Source: an uncultured bacterium
GTDB lineage: Bacteria; Actinomycetota; Actinomycetes; S36-B12
Direction: 5' to 3'
Length of the DNA: 48,467 bases
Assembly (NCBI GenBank): GCA_903909555.1
Contig: CAIVWG010000240.1
Span: 1 to 48,467, forward strand
The translations under genes and the position numbers were made by a program. Under the pieces are notes generated by a model that was not told the origin of the DNA, searched no databases, and saw nothing but the letters and a program-made list of their open reading frames with translations. Shown here one piece after another: positions 37,842-48,151 of the stretch. Numbering within the stretch: the first letter of the stretch is position 1; every line of letters starts with the position of its first letter.

Positions 37842-38099
37842 GTGGGCGAACCCGTGCTGGTGCCGGTGACCACCGGGGAGGGCCTCGAGTGGCAGGAGCG
37901 TGCCCTATGCGCCCAGACCGATCCCGAGGCGTTCTTCCCCGAGAAGGGGGGCAGCACCCGCGAGGCCAAGCGCGTGTGCCTGTCCTGCGAGGTGCGCGGC
38001 GACTGCCTGGAGTACGCACTCGAACATGACGAGCGATTCGGCATCTGGGGCGGGCTGTCCGAGCGCGAACGCCGCCGGTTGAAGAAGCAGGCGGTCTGA
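37842..38099 (+). CDS. whiB: WhiB family regulator (WhiB/WhiB2 orthologue)
   Basis: WQERALCAQTDPEAFFPEKGGSTREAKRVCLSCEVRGDCLEYAL..GIWGGLSERERRRL; GGAGGA RBS. Confidence 0.95.
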   Translation: MGEPVLVPVTTGEGLEWQERALCAQTDPEAFFPEKGGSTREAKRVCLSCEVRGDCLEYALEHDERFGIWGGLSERERRRLKKQAV

Positions 38100-41000
38100 G
38101 CGCGCACCACCGCGTCACCGCTGTCGTAGTTGCCCGGGACGGCGCGGTCTGGCTGCCCCACGTGCTCACGATGCTCGGGGGTCAGACCCGACACCCCGAT
38201 TCCGTCGTCGGCGTCGATGCCGGCTCCGACGATGTCAGCCGCGACATCCTCGTCGAGTCCCTCGGTGCCGATCGCGTCGTGGACCTCGATCCCGACATGC
38301 CCGCCTCCTTCGGCGCGGCAGTGAACGCCGGGCTCGCGTCCGGCGTCCTGCGCAGCGACGCCGACGAGGCCTTCGATGTCGATGCCACCGAGTGGATCTG
38401 GCTCCTCCACGATGACGCGGCACCCGCCCCCGACGCCCTCGCGGCACTGCTCCGGAGCGCGGACGAGCACCCGCGGGCGGTCGTCCTCGGCCCGAAGGCC
38501 CGCGGGTGGCACGACCGGCGGCTCCTCCTCGAGGTGGGGTTCACCATCACCGGATCGGGGCGCCGCTACACCGGCCTGGAACGCCGCGAGCACGACCAGG
38601 GACAGCACGACCAGCGCAGCGAGGTCCACGCGGTGGGCACCGCGGGGATGCTGGTCCGTCGCGATGCCTGGGACGACCTGGGGGGCTTCGACCCGGCCCT
38701 GCCCCTCTACCGCGACGACCTGGACCTGTGCTGGCGCGCCTGGCGCGCGGGGCACGAGGTCCGGGTGGTTCCCGACGCGGTGGTCAACCACCGGGAGGCG
38801 TCGTACCACGGCCGGCGCGAGGGCTCGACGTCCCCGGCCCTCGGCTACCGCCTCGATCGCCGGTCGGGGATGCACGTGCTCCTCACCCACACGCCGACGT
38901 GGCGGCTCCCCTTCACGTACCTTCGACTGTCCCTCGACGCGCTCGTGCGCTCGCTCATCTTCGCCCTGGGCAAGGACGTCCGCCACGCGCGCGACGAGCT
39001 GTTCGCCCTCGGCGCGACCCTCGCGCACCCGGGTCGACTCCTCGCCTCGCGGCGATCCGCGCGCAGCACGTCGGTGCAGTCGTCCCGGGCGGCCGTGGGG
39101 GAGTTCCGTCCGCGGCTGCGCGCGCAGGCCCGCACCGCGCTCGAGGGAGTGGGCGGCATCATCACCTCGGGGCGGTCCGCGGACTCCGGAGCGGCCGGCG
39201 CCCTGGAGTCGGGACCGGTGTCGGACGACGTCGACTTCTTCGAGGATCCCGCCGGAGGATGGCTTCGCCGTACTCTCGCGCGTCCTGCCGTTTCCCTCAC
39301 CCTCGCCCTCCTCGTGCTCGCGCTGGTGGCCGGGCGCACCCTGTGGTGGGGCGAGGGCGTCCTCTTCGGCGGCGCCCTGCTGCCCTCCCCCGAGGGTGCC
39401 GCCGACCTGTGGGCGACGTACACCAACGGATGGCACGACGTGGGCCCGGGCTCCACGACGCCGACCCCCCCGGCGTTCGCCCTGCTCGCCATCGTCGCGA
39501 CCCTGCTGCTGGGCAAGGCACCCCTCGCCGTGGGCGCGCTCCTGCTCCTCGCCGTGCCCGCCGCGGCTCTCTCGGCGTGGTGGAGCCTGCGCGGCGTCGT
39601 CGTCCACGCCCTGCCGCGCGCGTGGGCCGCGGTGACCTGGGCCCTCCTCCCCGCCGTGACCGGCGGCCTCGCCGGCGGCCTGCTGGGGACCCTGGGGGCG
39701 GCGATCCTCCTGCCGCCCACCGTGCGTGCCGTCGTGCGCGTCCTCGGCTACGGCAGCCCGCCGCTGCGGCCCTGGTCGGGGCGCACCGTGTGGTGGGCGG
39801 CCCTGCTCGTGGCCGCGTCCGCCGCCTGCGTTCCGCTCATCTGGGTCTTCGTCGTGATCGCCGTCATCGCCGCGATCGTCGCCGCTGTCGTCATGGATCG
39901 CGATGCCGCACGCCGGGACGACGTGGCACCCGCCGGCTCTCCGCGTCCGCTCGGTTCACTGGCGCTGCGAGGCGCCGGGCTCGCGCTCGTGCCGCTGGTG
40001 CTCCTCCTGCCCTGGTCCCTGCACGTGCTGGCCCAGCCGGCCCTGCTGCTCTCCCAGCCGGGGCTCATCGACGGCCGACTCGCGGTGCCCGCGGCCAGCG
40101 TCCTCGACCTGCTCCTGCTGCAGCCCGGGGGCCCGGCGGCCATGCCGGCGTGGATCGGTGCGGCTCTCGTCATCGCCGCGCTGCTCGGACTGCTGAGGCC
40201 CGACCGGCGAGCGGCCGCCCTCGTCGCCTGGGGGGTCGGCGGTCTCGCGCTTCTCGTGGGCATCCTCATGCTGGTCGTGCGCGTGGAGGTGCCGGGCATC
40301 GCGGAGCCGCAGCCGCTCTGGCCCGGGGTGCCCACACTCATCCTCGGCGGCGCGCTCATCACCGCGGCGGTGCTCGCCGCCGACGGGCTCCGGGACGTCC
40401 TCCAGTCGTCGAGCTTCGACTTCGTGCGCACGCCGATCGCGTACGTCGTCCCCTGGATCGCGATCCTCGCCCCGCTGCTGTGGGCGGTGTGGTGGGTGGT
40501 CCCGGGAGCCGCCGATCCCGTGCGGAGGGGGCAGCCCGACGTGCTCCCCCCGTTCGTGGCGGCGGAGGCCGTGGGCCCGCAGGCCCCGCGCACCCTGCTG
40601 CTGCGCGTCGATCCGACGGGCGGCACGTCGTACACCCTGGTCAACGGCGCCGGGCTCCGCCTCGGCGACGCCGACACCGCGCCGCCCACCTCCGTCTGGG
40701 ATCCGGTCGACGACCTCGTCTCCGGACTCGTCTCCGGCCGCGGCGGAGCCGAGGTCGCCGGCCTCGCGCGCTACGCCGTGCGCTACGTCGTGCTCGACAG
40801 CGCGGACACCTCGGCGGCGCTCGTGCGCACGCTCGACGCCGTGCCCGGACTCCGGCGCCTCGCGGGCCAGGGCAACGAGGTCCTGTGGAAGGTCGAGGAG
40901 CCGACCGCCCGGGTGCTGCAGGCGGATGCGGAGGATCCTCCCGCGCTCACCGCGATCCCGGTCGAGGACCTCGCCTCGGCGGATCCGCTCGTGAGCGCGA

Positions 41001-41359
41001 CACTGCCGGAGGGAGGGCCGAGCCGGATCCTGCTGTCGCAGACGGCGGACGGGCCGTGGTTCGCGACGGTCGGCAACCAGGCCCTCTCCGCGCAGGTCGT
41101 CGACGGGCTGCAGGAGTTCGAGGTGCCCGCGGGCATCGAGGCGGGCAGCGCGATCACCCTCGGCGTCGACGACTCCGCACGCGGTCGTTGGCTCATCGCC
41201 CAGCTCGTGGCCGTGCTCGTCGTCATCGTGCTCGCGCTTCCCGCGCGACGCCGTATCACCGACGACGACGTGGCGGACATCGACCCGGACGAGGACGACA
41301 TCGACGCGCTGGCCGCTGACGGGATCCTGGCGACGGACGAGGCGGAGGTGACGCGGTGA
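38096..41359 (+). CDS. Family 2 glycosyltransferase with large membrane domain
   Basis: WIWLLHDD, GPK, GMLVRR, DDLDLCWR, many TM helices. The N-terminal strand HRVTAVVVARDGAVWLP lies upstream of the first canonical start (GTG 38162), so the start is placed tentatively at CTG 38096. Confidence 0.85.
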   Translation: MSAHHRVTAVVVARDGAVWLPHVLTMLGGQTRHPDSVVGVDAGSDDVSRDILVESLGADRVVDLDPDMPASFGAAVNAGLASGVLRSDADEAFDVDATEWIWLLHDDAAPAPDALAALLRSADEHPRAVVLGPKARGWHDRRLLLEVGFTITGSGRRYTGLERREHDQGQHDQRSEVHAVGTAGMLVRRDAWDDLGGFDPALPLYRDDLDLCWRAWRAGHEVRVVPDAVVNHREASYHGRREGSTSPALGYRLDRRSGMHVLLTHTPTWRLPFTYLRLSLDALVRSLIFALGKDVRHARDELFALGATLAHPGRLLASRRSARSTSVQSSRAAVGEFRPRLRAQARTALEGVGGIITSGRSADSGAAGALESGPVSDDVDFFEDPAGGWLRRTLARPAVSLTLALLVLALVAGRTLWWGEGVLFGGALLPSPEGAADLWATYTNGWHDVGPGSTTPTPPAFALLAIVATLLLGKAPLAVGALLLLAVPAAALSAWWSLRGVVVHALPRAWAAVTWALLPAVTGGLAGGLLGTLGAAILLPPTVRAVVRVLGYGSPPLRPWSGRTVWWAALLVAASAACVPLIWVFVVIAVIAAIVAAVVMDRDAARRDDVAPAGSPRPLGSLALRGAGLALVPLVLLLPWSLHVLAQPALLLSQPGLIDGRLAVPAASVLDLLLLQPGGPAAMPAWIGAALVIAALLGLLRPDRRAAALVAWGVGGLALLVGILMLVVRVEVPGIAEPQPLWPGVPTLILGGALITAAVLAADGLRDVLQSSSFDFVRTPIAYVVPWIAILAPLLWAVWWVVPGAADPVRRGQPDVLPPFVAAEAVGPQAPRTLLLRVDPTGGTSYTLVNGAGLRLGDADTAPPTSVWDPVDDLVSGLVSGRGGAEVAGLARYAVRYVVLDSADTSAALVRTLDAVPGLRRLAGQGNEVLWKVEEPTARVLQADAEDPPALTAIPVEDLASADPLVSATLPEGGPSRILLSQTADGPWFATVGNQALSAQVVDGLQEFEVPAGIEAGSAITLGVDDSARGRWLIAQLVAVLVVIVLALPARRRITDDDVADIDPDEDDIDALAADGILATDEAEVTR

Positions 41360-43197
41360 GCGACGACCCCACGGGCGAGCCCGCCGAGGACGCAGCCGTG
41401 ACCCCCGAGGATGCCTCCCTCGCGGATGCCGCTCCGTCGGCGACCGATCGGGTGCGCGGCCGCCGCGATCGAGAGCGTCGCCGTCGCGAGCGACCGCGCC
41501 GCGCGCGTTCGGAGGAGGCCGCGCCTGCGGACGGGCGCGGGCCGCTGAGCATCGTCATCGTCACGGCCGTGGGCATCGCGCTGGTCGCGCTGGGCAGCCT
41601 CCTGCCGCGAGGCGCCGCGGTCGAGCCTGCCGCGGCCGTCCAGCAGCCCGTCGACTCCTCCACCACGGTGTGCCCGGAGCCGGGGGCGGTCGATGGGGCG
41701 GTGACCACGTCGACGGTGACGGTCATTCCCGGGCTGGAGGGCCAGGACCGGGAGGGCGCGGCCGAGGTGACCTACCTCCGGGGGCCCGATGAGACCGAAC
41801 GCAGCGAGCCCGAGATCGTCATCGAGGCGCCGGGGGACAGCGGCCAAGTGGTCGCCGACGCCCGGCGGCTGCCCCCGCTGACCGCGCGGACGGTGGGATC
41901 CCTCGCCCCGGGCCTGGTGTCGACGGAGTCGACCCTGGACACGTCCGATAGCGGACGCGGGCTGTCGAGCACCGCGTGCCTGGGTCCGGACACCTCCTGG
42001 TGGTTCGTCGGCAGCGGCTCGACGGCGGGGCGGGAGTCCAACCTCGTCCTCGTCAACCCCGAGTCCACGCCGGCGGAACTCGACGTCACCATCGCGGGCC
42101 CCGAGGGGCTGCTGGTCACCCCGGCGCTGCGCGGGCTGGTGCTGGAGGCGAACGCGCGCACCGTCGTGCGGCTCACCCGCGAGGCGCCGCGTCTCCCCGC
42201 TGCCGTGTGGCATGTCTCGGTGCGATCCGGGCGCGTCGTCGCCGCGGTGCAGGACACCGAGATCGAGGGATACGTCCCGCGCGGCGACGACTGGATCCCG
42301 CCGGCGGCCGATCCGTCGACGCGGGTGCTCGTCCCGGGCATCATCCCCGGACGCAGTGATCGGCAGCTGATCCTGCACGCTCCCGGCGAAGTGGACGCCA
42401 CGGTGCGCGTGCGCCTGGTCACCGAGGGCGGGTCCTACGTCCCGACGGCCCTGTCGCAGATCGACGTTCCGGCCGGCACCGTCGTGACGGCGTCCCTCAC
42501 GGAGGCGCTCGACGGACAGGCCGCCACCTTGGACCTGTCCTCCGACGTCCCCATCGTCGCGGGAGTGCGGCAGCGGCATTCGGGGGTGGGCGCCACGGAC
42601 TTCGCCCTCAACGAGGTGTCCTTCGCCGCCGGTGCGGTCCCGGTGGGGACCGTGGCGGGCGTCACCGGGCTTCCCACCGCCGCCGGGACCAGCGTCACGC
42701 TGTGGATCACCGCCCCCGGGGAGCCGCTCACCGCACCGGGAACGGCCCCACCCATGCCCGTGGGCATGGACGACACCGGGGGAGCGCCGGCGTCATCGAC
42801 TCCGCTGGGGCCCGATGACACGATGGCCGGGTCCTCCGACGACACGATGGGCGGGTCCGCCGACGACACCCCCGCTGCGTCGGGATCCCGCACGCCGGTG
42901 CGCGTGACGGTGCAGGTCCTCCCCGCTGGCGCCGCGGCCCTCGAGCCGATCACCGTGGAGGTGCTGCCCGGGCGCGTCGTCGAAGTGCGCATCCCGCGCC
43001 CCCGGGGGGCCGATTGGTTCACCGCGGTCGTGCGTCCTGAGGGGGGCGAGGTCCTCATCGCCCATCGCGTTGCGGTGCGGGATCCCTCCGGATCCCTCAT
43101 CACCGGCTTCCCCTGGCGCCCCCTGCGCACGACCGTCGGGGTCCTCCCCGCAGTAGAGGACATCGGCATCGCCGTGCCGCCGCCGGCCAACCCCTGA
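41356..43197 (+). CDS. DUF5719-like membrane-anchored secreted protein
   Basis: GTGA coupling, one TM helix, VCP, GLSSTAC, WWFVG, LVLVNP; usual position after the GT2 gene in actinobacteria. Confidence 0.75.
   Translation: MSDDPTGEPAEDAAVTPEDASLADAAPSATDRVRGRRDRERRRRERPRRARSEEAAPADGRGPLSIVIVTAVGIALVALGSLLPRGAAVEPAAAVQQPVDSSTTVCPEPGAVDGAVTTSTVTVIPGLEGQDREGAAEVTYLRGPDETERSEPEIVIEAPGDSGQVVADARRLPPLTARTVGSLAPGLVSTESTLDTSDSGRGLSSTACLGPDTSWWFVGSGSTAGRESNLVLVNPESTPAELDVTIAGPEGLLVTPALRGLVLEANARTVVRLTREAPRLPAAVWHVSVRSGRVVAAVQDTEIEGYVPRGDDWIPPAADPSTRVLVPGIIPGRSDRQLILHAPGEVDATVRVRLVTEGGSYVPTALSQIDVPAGTVVTASLTEALDGQAATLDLSSDVPIVAGVRQRHSGVGATDFALNEVSFAAGAVPVGTVAGVTGLPTAAGTSVTLWITAPGEPLTAPGTAPPMPVGMDDTGGAPASSTPLGPDDTMAGSSDDTMGGSADDTPAASGSRTPVRVTVQVLPAGAAALEPITVEVLPGRVVEVRIPRPRGADWFTAVVRPEGGEVLIAHRVAVRDPSGSLITGFPWRPLRTTVGVLPAVEDIGIAVPPPANP
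42812..42870 (+). repeat. 24-bp tandem repeat (about 2.5 copies) encoding DDTMAGSS/DDTMGGSA/DDT
   Basis: CCGA[TC]GACAC starts at 42812, 42836 and 42860. Confidence 0.8.
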
Positions 43198-43251
43198 CGG
43201 GTTCGGCGCGCCTCATACGGCGCTGACATCCGGCCCGGTACCGTCGCCGTC

Positions 43252-43731
43252 GTGGGAGACGGCCATCACGCATCGCCGTCGGGTCGGCCGAGCCGTCCCG
43301 CGTCTCGGAGGTGCTCGCGCCCCTCGTGCGATCGCCCGTCGATGTCGACCCTCACCTACGTCTACGCGGACTCCGTGGCGGTCCTCGGCCCGCTGGCGAC
43401 GACCCCGGAGCCGCACAGCTACGACCTGTGCGAGCTGCATGCGCAGCGCCTCACCGCTCCGCGCGGCTGGGAGCTGGTCCGGCTGGAGCTCGGTCCCGGC
43501 GACCTGGGTCCCAGCAATGACGACCTCGAGGCCCTCGCCAACGCGGTGCGGGAAGTCGGGCGTGGCTCCCGAGACCGGAGCGAGGCTGACGTCGCGGGGA
43601 CACTCTTCGACGACGAGGACGATCGCCTGCCCGGTGCCGTGGGAGCGGAGGGACTGCGCCGGCACCTGTGGGCGCTGCCGTCCGCGTCCGGTGATGCCGC
43701 CCGGCGGACCGGCGCCCCGCCCGAGGCGTGA
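43252..43731 (+). CDS. DUF3499 domain protein
   Basis: RRCSRPSC..TLTYVYADSVAVLGPLA..EPHSYDLC..HA..LTAPRGW, DDLEALANAVRE. GTG lies 7 nt after TACCGT. Confidence 0.88.
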   Translation: MGDGHHASPSGRPSRPASRRCSRPSCDRPSMSTLTYVYADSVAVLGPLATTPEPHSYDLCELHAQRLTAPRGWELVRLELGPGDLGPSNDDLEALANAVREVGRGSRDRSEADVAGTLFDDEDDRLPGAVGAEGLRRHLWALPSASGDAARRTGAPPEA

Positions 43732-45185
43732 CCTTGCCCGACGACGGTCCGGGCTCTCCCGGCCGGCCTGCGAGCGCGTGGACCCTGGCCCGGCTCGCCC
43801 CGGTCATCAAGGCCTACGACGTGCGCGGCGTGGTGCCCGACCAGTGGGATGCCTCGCTCGCCCGTGAGATCGGTGCCGCTGCCGTCGAGGTTCTCGGGGT
43901 GCGCGCAGAGGATGGCGGACCGGGCGCGATCGTGATCGGGCAGGACATGCGTCCCAGCGGCGAGGAACTCGTGGAGGCGTTCGCGGACGGGGTCACGTCA
44001 CGGGGCTGCGACGTGATCCGGATCGGACTGTCGAGCACCGACGGCCTCTACTTCGCCTCCGGGGCGCTCGGCCTTCCCGGCGCGATGTTCACGGCGAGCC
44101 ACAACCCGGCGCGCTACAACGGCATCAAGCTCTGCCGGGCGAATGCCGCCCCGGTCGGGGAGGAGACCGGGCTGCGCGACATCCGCGATCTCGTCGCGTC
44201 CGGCCTCACGCCGCCCCGGTCAGGCCGGGGAACGGTGAGCGAGCGCGACATGCTGGGCCCGTATGCGGAGTACCTCCGCGGTCTCGTCGACCTGCGGGGT
44301 GGCCGCCCCCTGCGCGTCGTGGTCGATGCCGGGAATGGCATGGCGGGCCTCACCGTCCCCGCCGTACTCGGGCGCGCGGCGGGGCTGGAGTCGCTGCCCC
44401 TGGACGTCCTCCCGATGTACTTCGAGCTCGACGGCACGTTCCCCCACCACGAGGCAAACCCGATCGAGCCCGAGAACCTCCGCGACCTGCAGGAGGCCGT
44501 GGTGCGCACGGGGGCGGACCTCGGACTCGCCTTCGACGGAGACGCCGATCGATGCTTCGTCGTCGACGAGCAGGGGCGTGCCGTCACGCCGTCCGCCATC
44601 ACGGCCCTCATCGCCGCGCGCGAGCTCGCCCGCGAGCCGGGGGCGACGATCATCCACAACTGCATCACCTCGCGCGCCGTCCCGGAGGTGATCGCGGAGA
44701 GCGGGGGCGTCGCCGTGCGCACCCGCGTCGGGCATTCCTTCATCAAGGCGCGCATGGCCGAGACCGGCGCGGTGTTCGGGGGCGAGCACTCGGGCCACTT
44801 CTACTTCGCGGACTTCTGGCGCGCGGACTCGGGGATGCTCGCGGCCCTCCACGTGCTCGCCGCACTCGGCGAGTCCCCCGCGGGTACCTCACTGTCCCAC
44901 CTGCTCGCCCCCTACGACCGCTACGTGGCGAGCGGGGAGATCAACTCCGAGGTGGCCGACGTCGCCGCTGCGGCCGCCGACGTCCGGGGCGCCTTCGCCG
45001 GTCGGGATGGCGTCGAGCTCGACGATCTCGACGGGCTCACGGTGAGCGCTCCCTCGTGGTGGTTCAACCTGAGGCCCAGCAATACCGAACCCCTGCTCCG
45101 GCTCAATGTCGAGGCAGTGGATGCTGGCACCATGGAGGCCGTGCGCGACGAGGTGCTGGCCCTGGTGAGAGGGGGATCGCGATGA
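43728..45185 (+). CDS. Phosphomannomutase/phosphoglucomutase
   Basis: KAYDVRG, FTASHNP, FDGDADRCF, GGEHSGHFYF, RPSNTEPLLRLNVE. Confidence 0.95.
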   Translation: MTLPDDGPGSPGRPASAWTLARLAPVIKAYDVRGVVPDQWDASLAREIGAAAVEVLGVRAEDGGPGAIVIGQDMRPSGEELVEAFADGVTSRGCDVIRIGLSSTDGLYFASGALGLPGAMFTASHNPARYNGIKLCRANAAPVGEETGLRDIRDLVASGLTPPRSGRGTVSERDMLGPYAEYLRGLVDLRGGRPLRVVVDAGNGMAGLTVPAVLGRAAGLESLPLDVLPMYFELDGTFPHHEANPIEPENLRDLQEAVVRTGADLGLAFDGDADRCFVVDEQGRAVTPSAITALIAARELAREPGATIIHNCITSRAVPEVIAESGGVAVRTRVGHSFIKARMAETGAVFGGEHSGHFYFADFWRADSGMLAALHVLAALGESPAGTSLSHLLAPYDRYVASGEINSEVADVAAAAADVRGAFAGRDGVELDDLDGLTVSAPSWWFNLRPSNTEPLLRLNVEAVDAGTMEAVRDEVLALVRGGSR

Positions 45186-45370
45186 GCGGCGCGCTGGGAC
45201 TCGACCCGGTCCTGCTGGAGGTCCTCGCCTGCCCGTGCGAGGAGCATGCGCCCGTGCGCCCCGACGTCGAGCGCGGGCTCCTCGTGTGCACCGCGTGCGG
45301 CCGGGGCTTCCCCGTCCGCGACGGCATCCCCGTGATGCTGCTCGACGAGGCGATCCCGCCGCAGGGCTGA
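45182..45370 (+). CDS. Trm112-like small protein
   Basis: LLEVLACP..LVCTAC..FPVRDGIPVMLLDEA; ATGA overlap. Confidence 0.88.
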   Translation: MSGALGLDPVLLEVLACPCEEHAPVRPDVERGLLVCTACGRGFPVRDGIPVMLLDEAIPPQG

Positions 45371-45371
45371 C

Positions 45372-46460
45372 GTGCACGTCGTCGAAGGCGCGCTCAAGGA
45401 GTACGACTGGGGGGTCGTCGACGGCCTCGCCCGATGGCACGGGCGCGCGACGGGGCGGCCGCAGGCGGAACTCTGGTTCGGATCCCACCCGGCGGGACCG
45501 GCGGTCGTGGTCGAGGGGGAGGATCGCGGAAGGTCGCTCGCCGATCTTTCGGCCTACGCCGGCATGCCGATGGTCAAGCTTCTCGCCGCCTCGACACCGC
45601 TGTCCCTGCAGGTGCATCCGGATCGCGCACGCGCGGAGGCCGGGTGGCGCGTCCAGCAGGGCGCACCGTCGGCGGAGTGGCTCTACTCCGACGCTGCGGA
45701 GAAGTCCGAGATGCTGTGCGCGATCGCGTCCTTCGACGCACACGCCGGCTGGCGCGACCCCGCGGCCGCGGCCGACGTCCTGGCCCGCGCGGGCGCGCCG
45801 TTGGCGATCACCGCGGCCGTCTCCGCCGGGGACCACCCCGCAGCGGTACGGATGCTGCTCTCCCTCGAGCCGTCGGTGAGCGCACCCATCGCCCGGCGAC
45901 TGGTCGCCTCGGCGACGGCGGCAGGCTGGCCGGCCGATGCGGTGTCGGCCCTGGCCCGGGTGGCCGCGACCCATCCCGACGATCCCGGTGTCCTCGTCAC
46001 GGTCCTGCTCGACCACGTGCTGCTCGCCCCCGGACAGGCGCTCACGGTCCCGGCCGGAGTAGTCCACTCCTACGTGTACGGGCTCGGGGTCGAGGTCATG
46101 ACCTCGTCGGACAACGTGCTCAGGCTCGGTCTCACGTCCAAGCCGGTCGCCCCCGACGAGGCGCTCGCGGCCGTGCGCGAAGACCGTCGCCCCGCGGTGG
46201 TCGAGGCCTTCACCGGCGACGTCCTCGGGTCGCCCGATCTGCCCTTCGCGCTCACGTTCGCCGATCGCCCGCTGGCACAGGCACCCGGCGCGTACCGGAT
46301 CGTCCTCGCCCTCGCCGGGGAGGTGGACGCGACCTGCGACTCGACGGCCGCGGTGCTGCCCGAAGGCCGCGCCCTCGTGCTCCTGCCCGACGACGGCGAG
46401 GTCCGCGTCGAGCCTTCGGGCACGGCCATCGTCGTGCGGGGCTCTCAGCCGCCCGGGTAG
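45372..46460 (+). CDS. manA: Mannose-6-phosphate isomerase class I
   Basis: YDWG, AELWFGSHP, KLLAA..PLSLQVHP, HSY..G.GVEVM.SSDNVLRLGLT. Confidence 0.9.
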   Translation: MHVVEGALKEYDWGVVDGLARWHGRATGRPQAELWFGSHPAGPAVVVEGEDRGRSLADLSAYAGMPMVKLLAASTPLSLQVHPDRARAEAGWRVQQGAPSAEWLYSDAAEKSEMLCAIASFDAHAGWRDPAAAADVLARAGAPLAITAAVSAGDHPAAVRMLLSLEPSVSAPIARRLVASATAAGWPADAVSALARVAATHPDDPGVLVTVLLDHVLLAPGQALTVPAGVVHSYVYGLGVEVMTSSDNVLRLGLTSKPVAPDEALAAVREDRRPAVVEAFTGDVLGSPDLPFALTFADRPLAQAPGAYRIVLALAGEVDATCDSTAAVLPEGRALVLLPDDGEVRVEPSGTAIVVRGSQPPG

Positions 46461-48151
46461 GCGGGACTGGAGCCGCGATACGCGGGGCGCCAGCCGGTGC
46501 CGGCGTTGTCATAGAGGGTGCCGTCGGTTCCCTGCACCAACGTGGGATATCCCGGTGCGGCGGCCACGCGCTCGGCCAGCTGGGGGCCGCCGAGCGGCTC
46601 CAGGGTGGCGCGGGTGAGGTTGATCTCGTACACCTGGATCTCCTCGGCGCCGTTCGACGCGAGCATCACCAGCCGGTCCGAGCCTGCCCAGGCGACGTCG
46701 ACGACGCTGGCCAGGCGGTTCTCCACGCGCACGGGGGACTGGAGCTGAGCCGAACCCTCGCGCAGTACGACGACGGCCAGCATGACGAAGGTGCGCGGAC
46801 CGCGTCGCACGATGAGCGCAGCGCGGGTTCCGTCGCGGCTGATCGAGATGGATTCGACCGTCGCGCGCCGGGAGAGTCCGTCGATGGGAACCTCGACGAT
46901 GGCGCCGTCGTCGCGGACTTCGCGGACGATCCCGTCGGCCCCCACCACCCAGGCGCTCGTCCCGCCGCCGAATGAGGGCCGGGACTGGCCGGCCTCGGGG
47001 ATGACCTCGTTCAGTTGCTGACCGGCGGCGAGAGGCCCGACCCAGAGGGCACCCGCCGTGTCGAGTCCGGCGATGCGCGCGCCGTCGAGGGAGATGGCGA
47101 TCCCATCGAGCGGAGGCAGGGCCAGCCCCGCGGCCCCGGGCACGGCGCGAGGCGTCTGCTCGTCCAGGATGACCGCGCGACCGGCGACGACGGCGTACGG
47201 CGCGGTGTTGGCGGGCATCTGGTTGGGGTCGAACGTCGGCCAGGCATCCATGGGCTGGGGGTTGCCCACGCCGGGGACCGGGAACACCTGCCCGCCGGCG
47301 TTGAGGTCCACCGACCGGACGCCGGGCACCTGGCGCAGGGTCCAGACCACCTGCGCCGACAGGGCTCGCCGCGTCGCGCCGTCGGTGATGAGGGCGGAGG
47401 CATCGAGGTCGACGCGGGCCACCCCCTCGACGACCGGCACGGCGTCGACGGCGAGCTCGGTCCCGTCGGGGAGCGCGGTGCGCACGCCGGGGGCCAGCCA
47501 CTGCGAGGGGCCCGCGGTGAGCGCGCGCATGAGCGAGGTGGACAGCCCGGGCCCGTCCACGGGGATGAGGCGGGGGTCGGGCACCAGCGTGGTGAACGTG
47601 GGATCGAGGAAGTACACGGGATAGGAGCGGAAGGCCCGCTCCACATCGGACCGCGAGAGCAGCAGGCCCGTGGGCGGGTCGGCGATGCGCCACTGGCCGT
47701 CGATGAGGTCGAGGACGAACGCGTCGGTGATGACGCGGCCCGGCGGGGACACCTCGTAGCGGCCCTCGCTCGTGATGGCGCCCACCTGCGTCGCGGTCAT
47801 GTCGACCGCGGAGGGGCCGTTGGCGGCCAGCGTCGGGACGCCGTCGTACACGATGGTGCCCGTCGACGGATCCCATGACCCTGCCGCGAGGGGGGAGAGG
47901 TACTCGCGCGCGACGGCATGGTCATCCTCGAACGACGCCGAGGCCTGGATGAAGCCCGACACGATCTCCACGGGCGTCATGCCGGATTCCGGAGGCCGGG
48001 CGATGGCGCGCACCACGGAGTCCGGCTGCGCGACGTCGACCTGCTCGCCCTGGACGATCGGCCCGCTCGTGGGCATCGAAGCGCAGGCGGCGAGGAGCGC
48101 GGCGATGAGCGGACCGGCGACGATGCGGGCGGCGAGGCCGGGCGAGATCAC
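46445..48151 (-). CDS. lpqB: Lipoprotein LpqB (GerMN and beta-propeller)
   Basis: Lipobox [33 protein letters not shown]-terminal PAYPG; directly downstream of mtrB. Confidence 0.9.
   Translation of the reverse strand: MISPGLAARIVAGPLIAALLAACASMPTSGPIVQGEQVDVAQPDSVVRAIARPPESGMTPVEIVSGFIQASASFEDDHAVAREYLSPLAAGSWDPSTGTIVYDGVPTLAANGPSAVDMTATQVGAITSEGRYEVSPPGRVITDAFVLDLIDGQWRIADPPTGLLLSRSDVERAFRSYPVYFLDPTFTTLVPDPRLIPVDGPGLSTSLMRALTAGPSQWLAPGVRTALPDGTELAVDAVPVVEGVARVDLDASALITDGATRRALSAQVVWTLRQVPGVRSVDLNAGGQVFPVPGVGNPQPMDAWPTFDPNQMPANTAPYAVVAGRAVILDEQTPRAVPGAAGLALPPLDGIAISLDGARIAGLDTAGALWVGPLAAGQQLNEVIPEAGQSRPSFGGGTSAWVVGADGIVREVRDDGAIVEVPIDGLSRRATVESISISRDGTRAALIVRRGPRTFVMLAVVVLREGSAQLQSPVRVENRLASVVDVAWAGSDRLVMLASNGAEEIQVYEINLTRATLEPLGGPQLAERVAAAPGYPTLVQGTDGTLYDNAGTGWRPAYRGSSPAYPGG

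Noticed and set aside
34694-39607. 1637-aa ORF on the - strand
   Set aside because: In-register antisense shadow of fbiC and the GT2 gene. High-GC codon bias removes stops, and it has no recognisable motifs.
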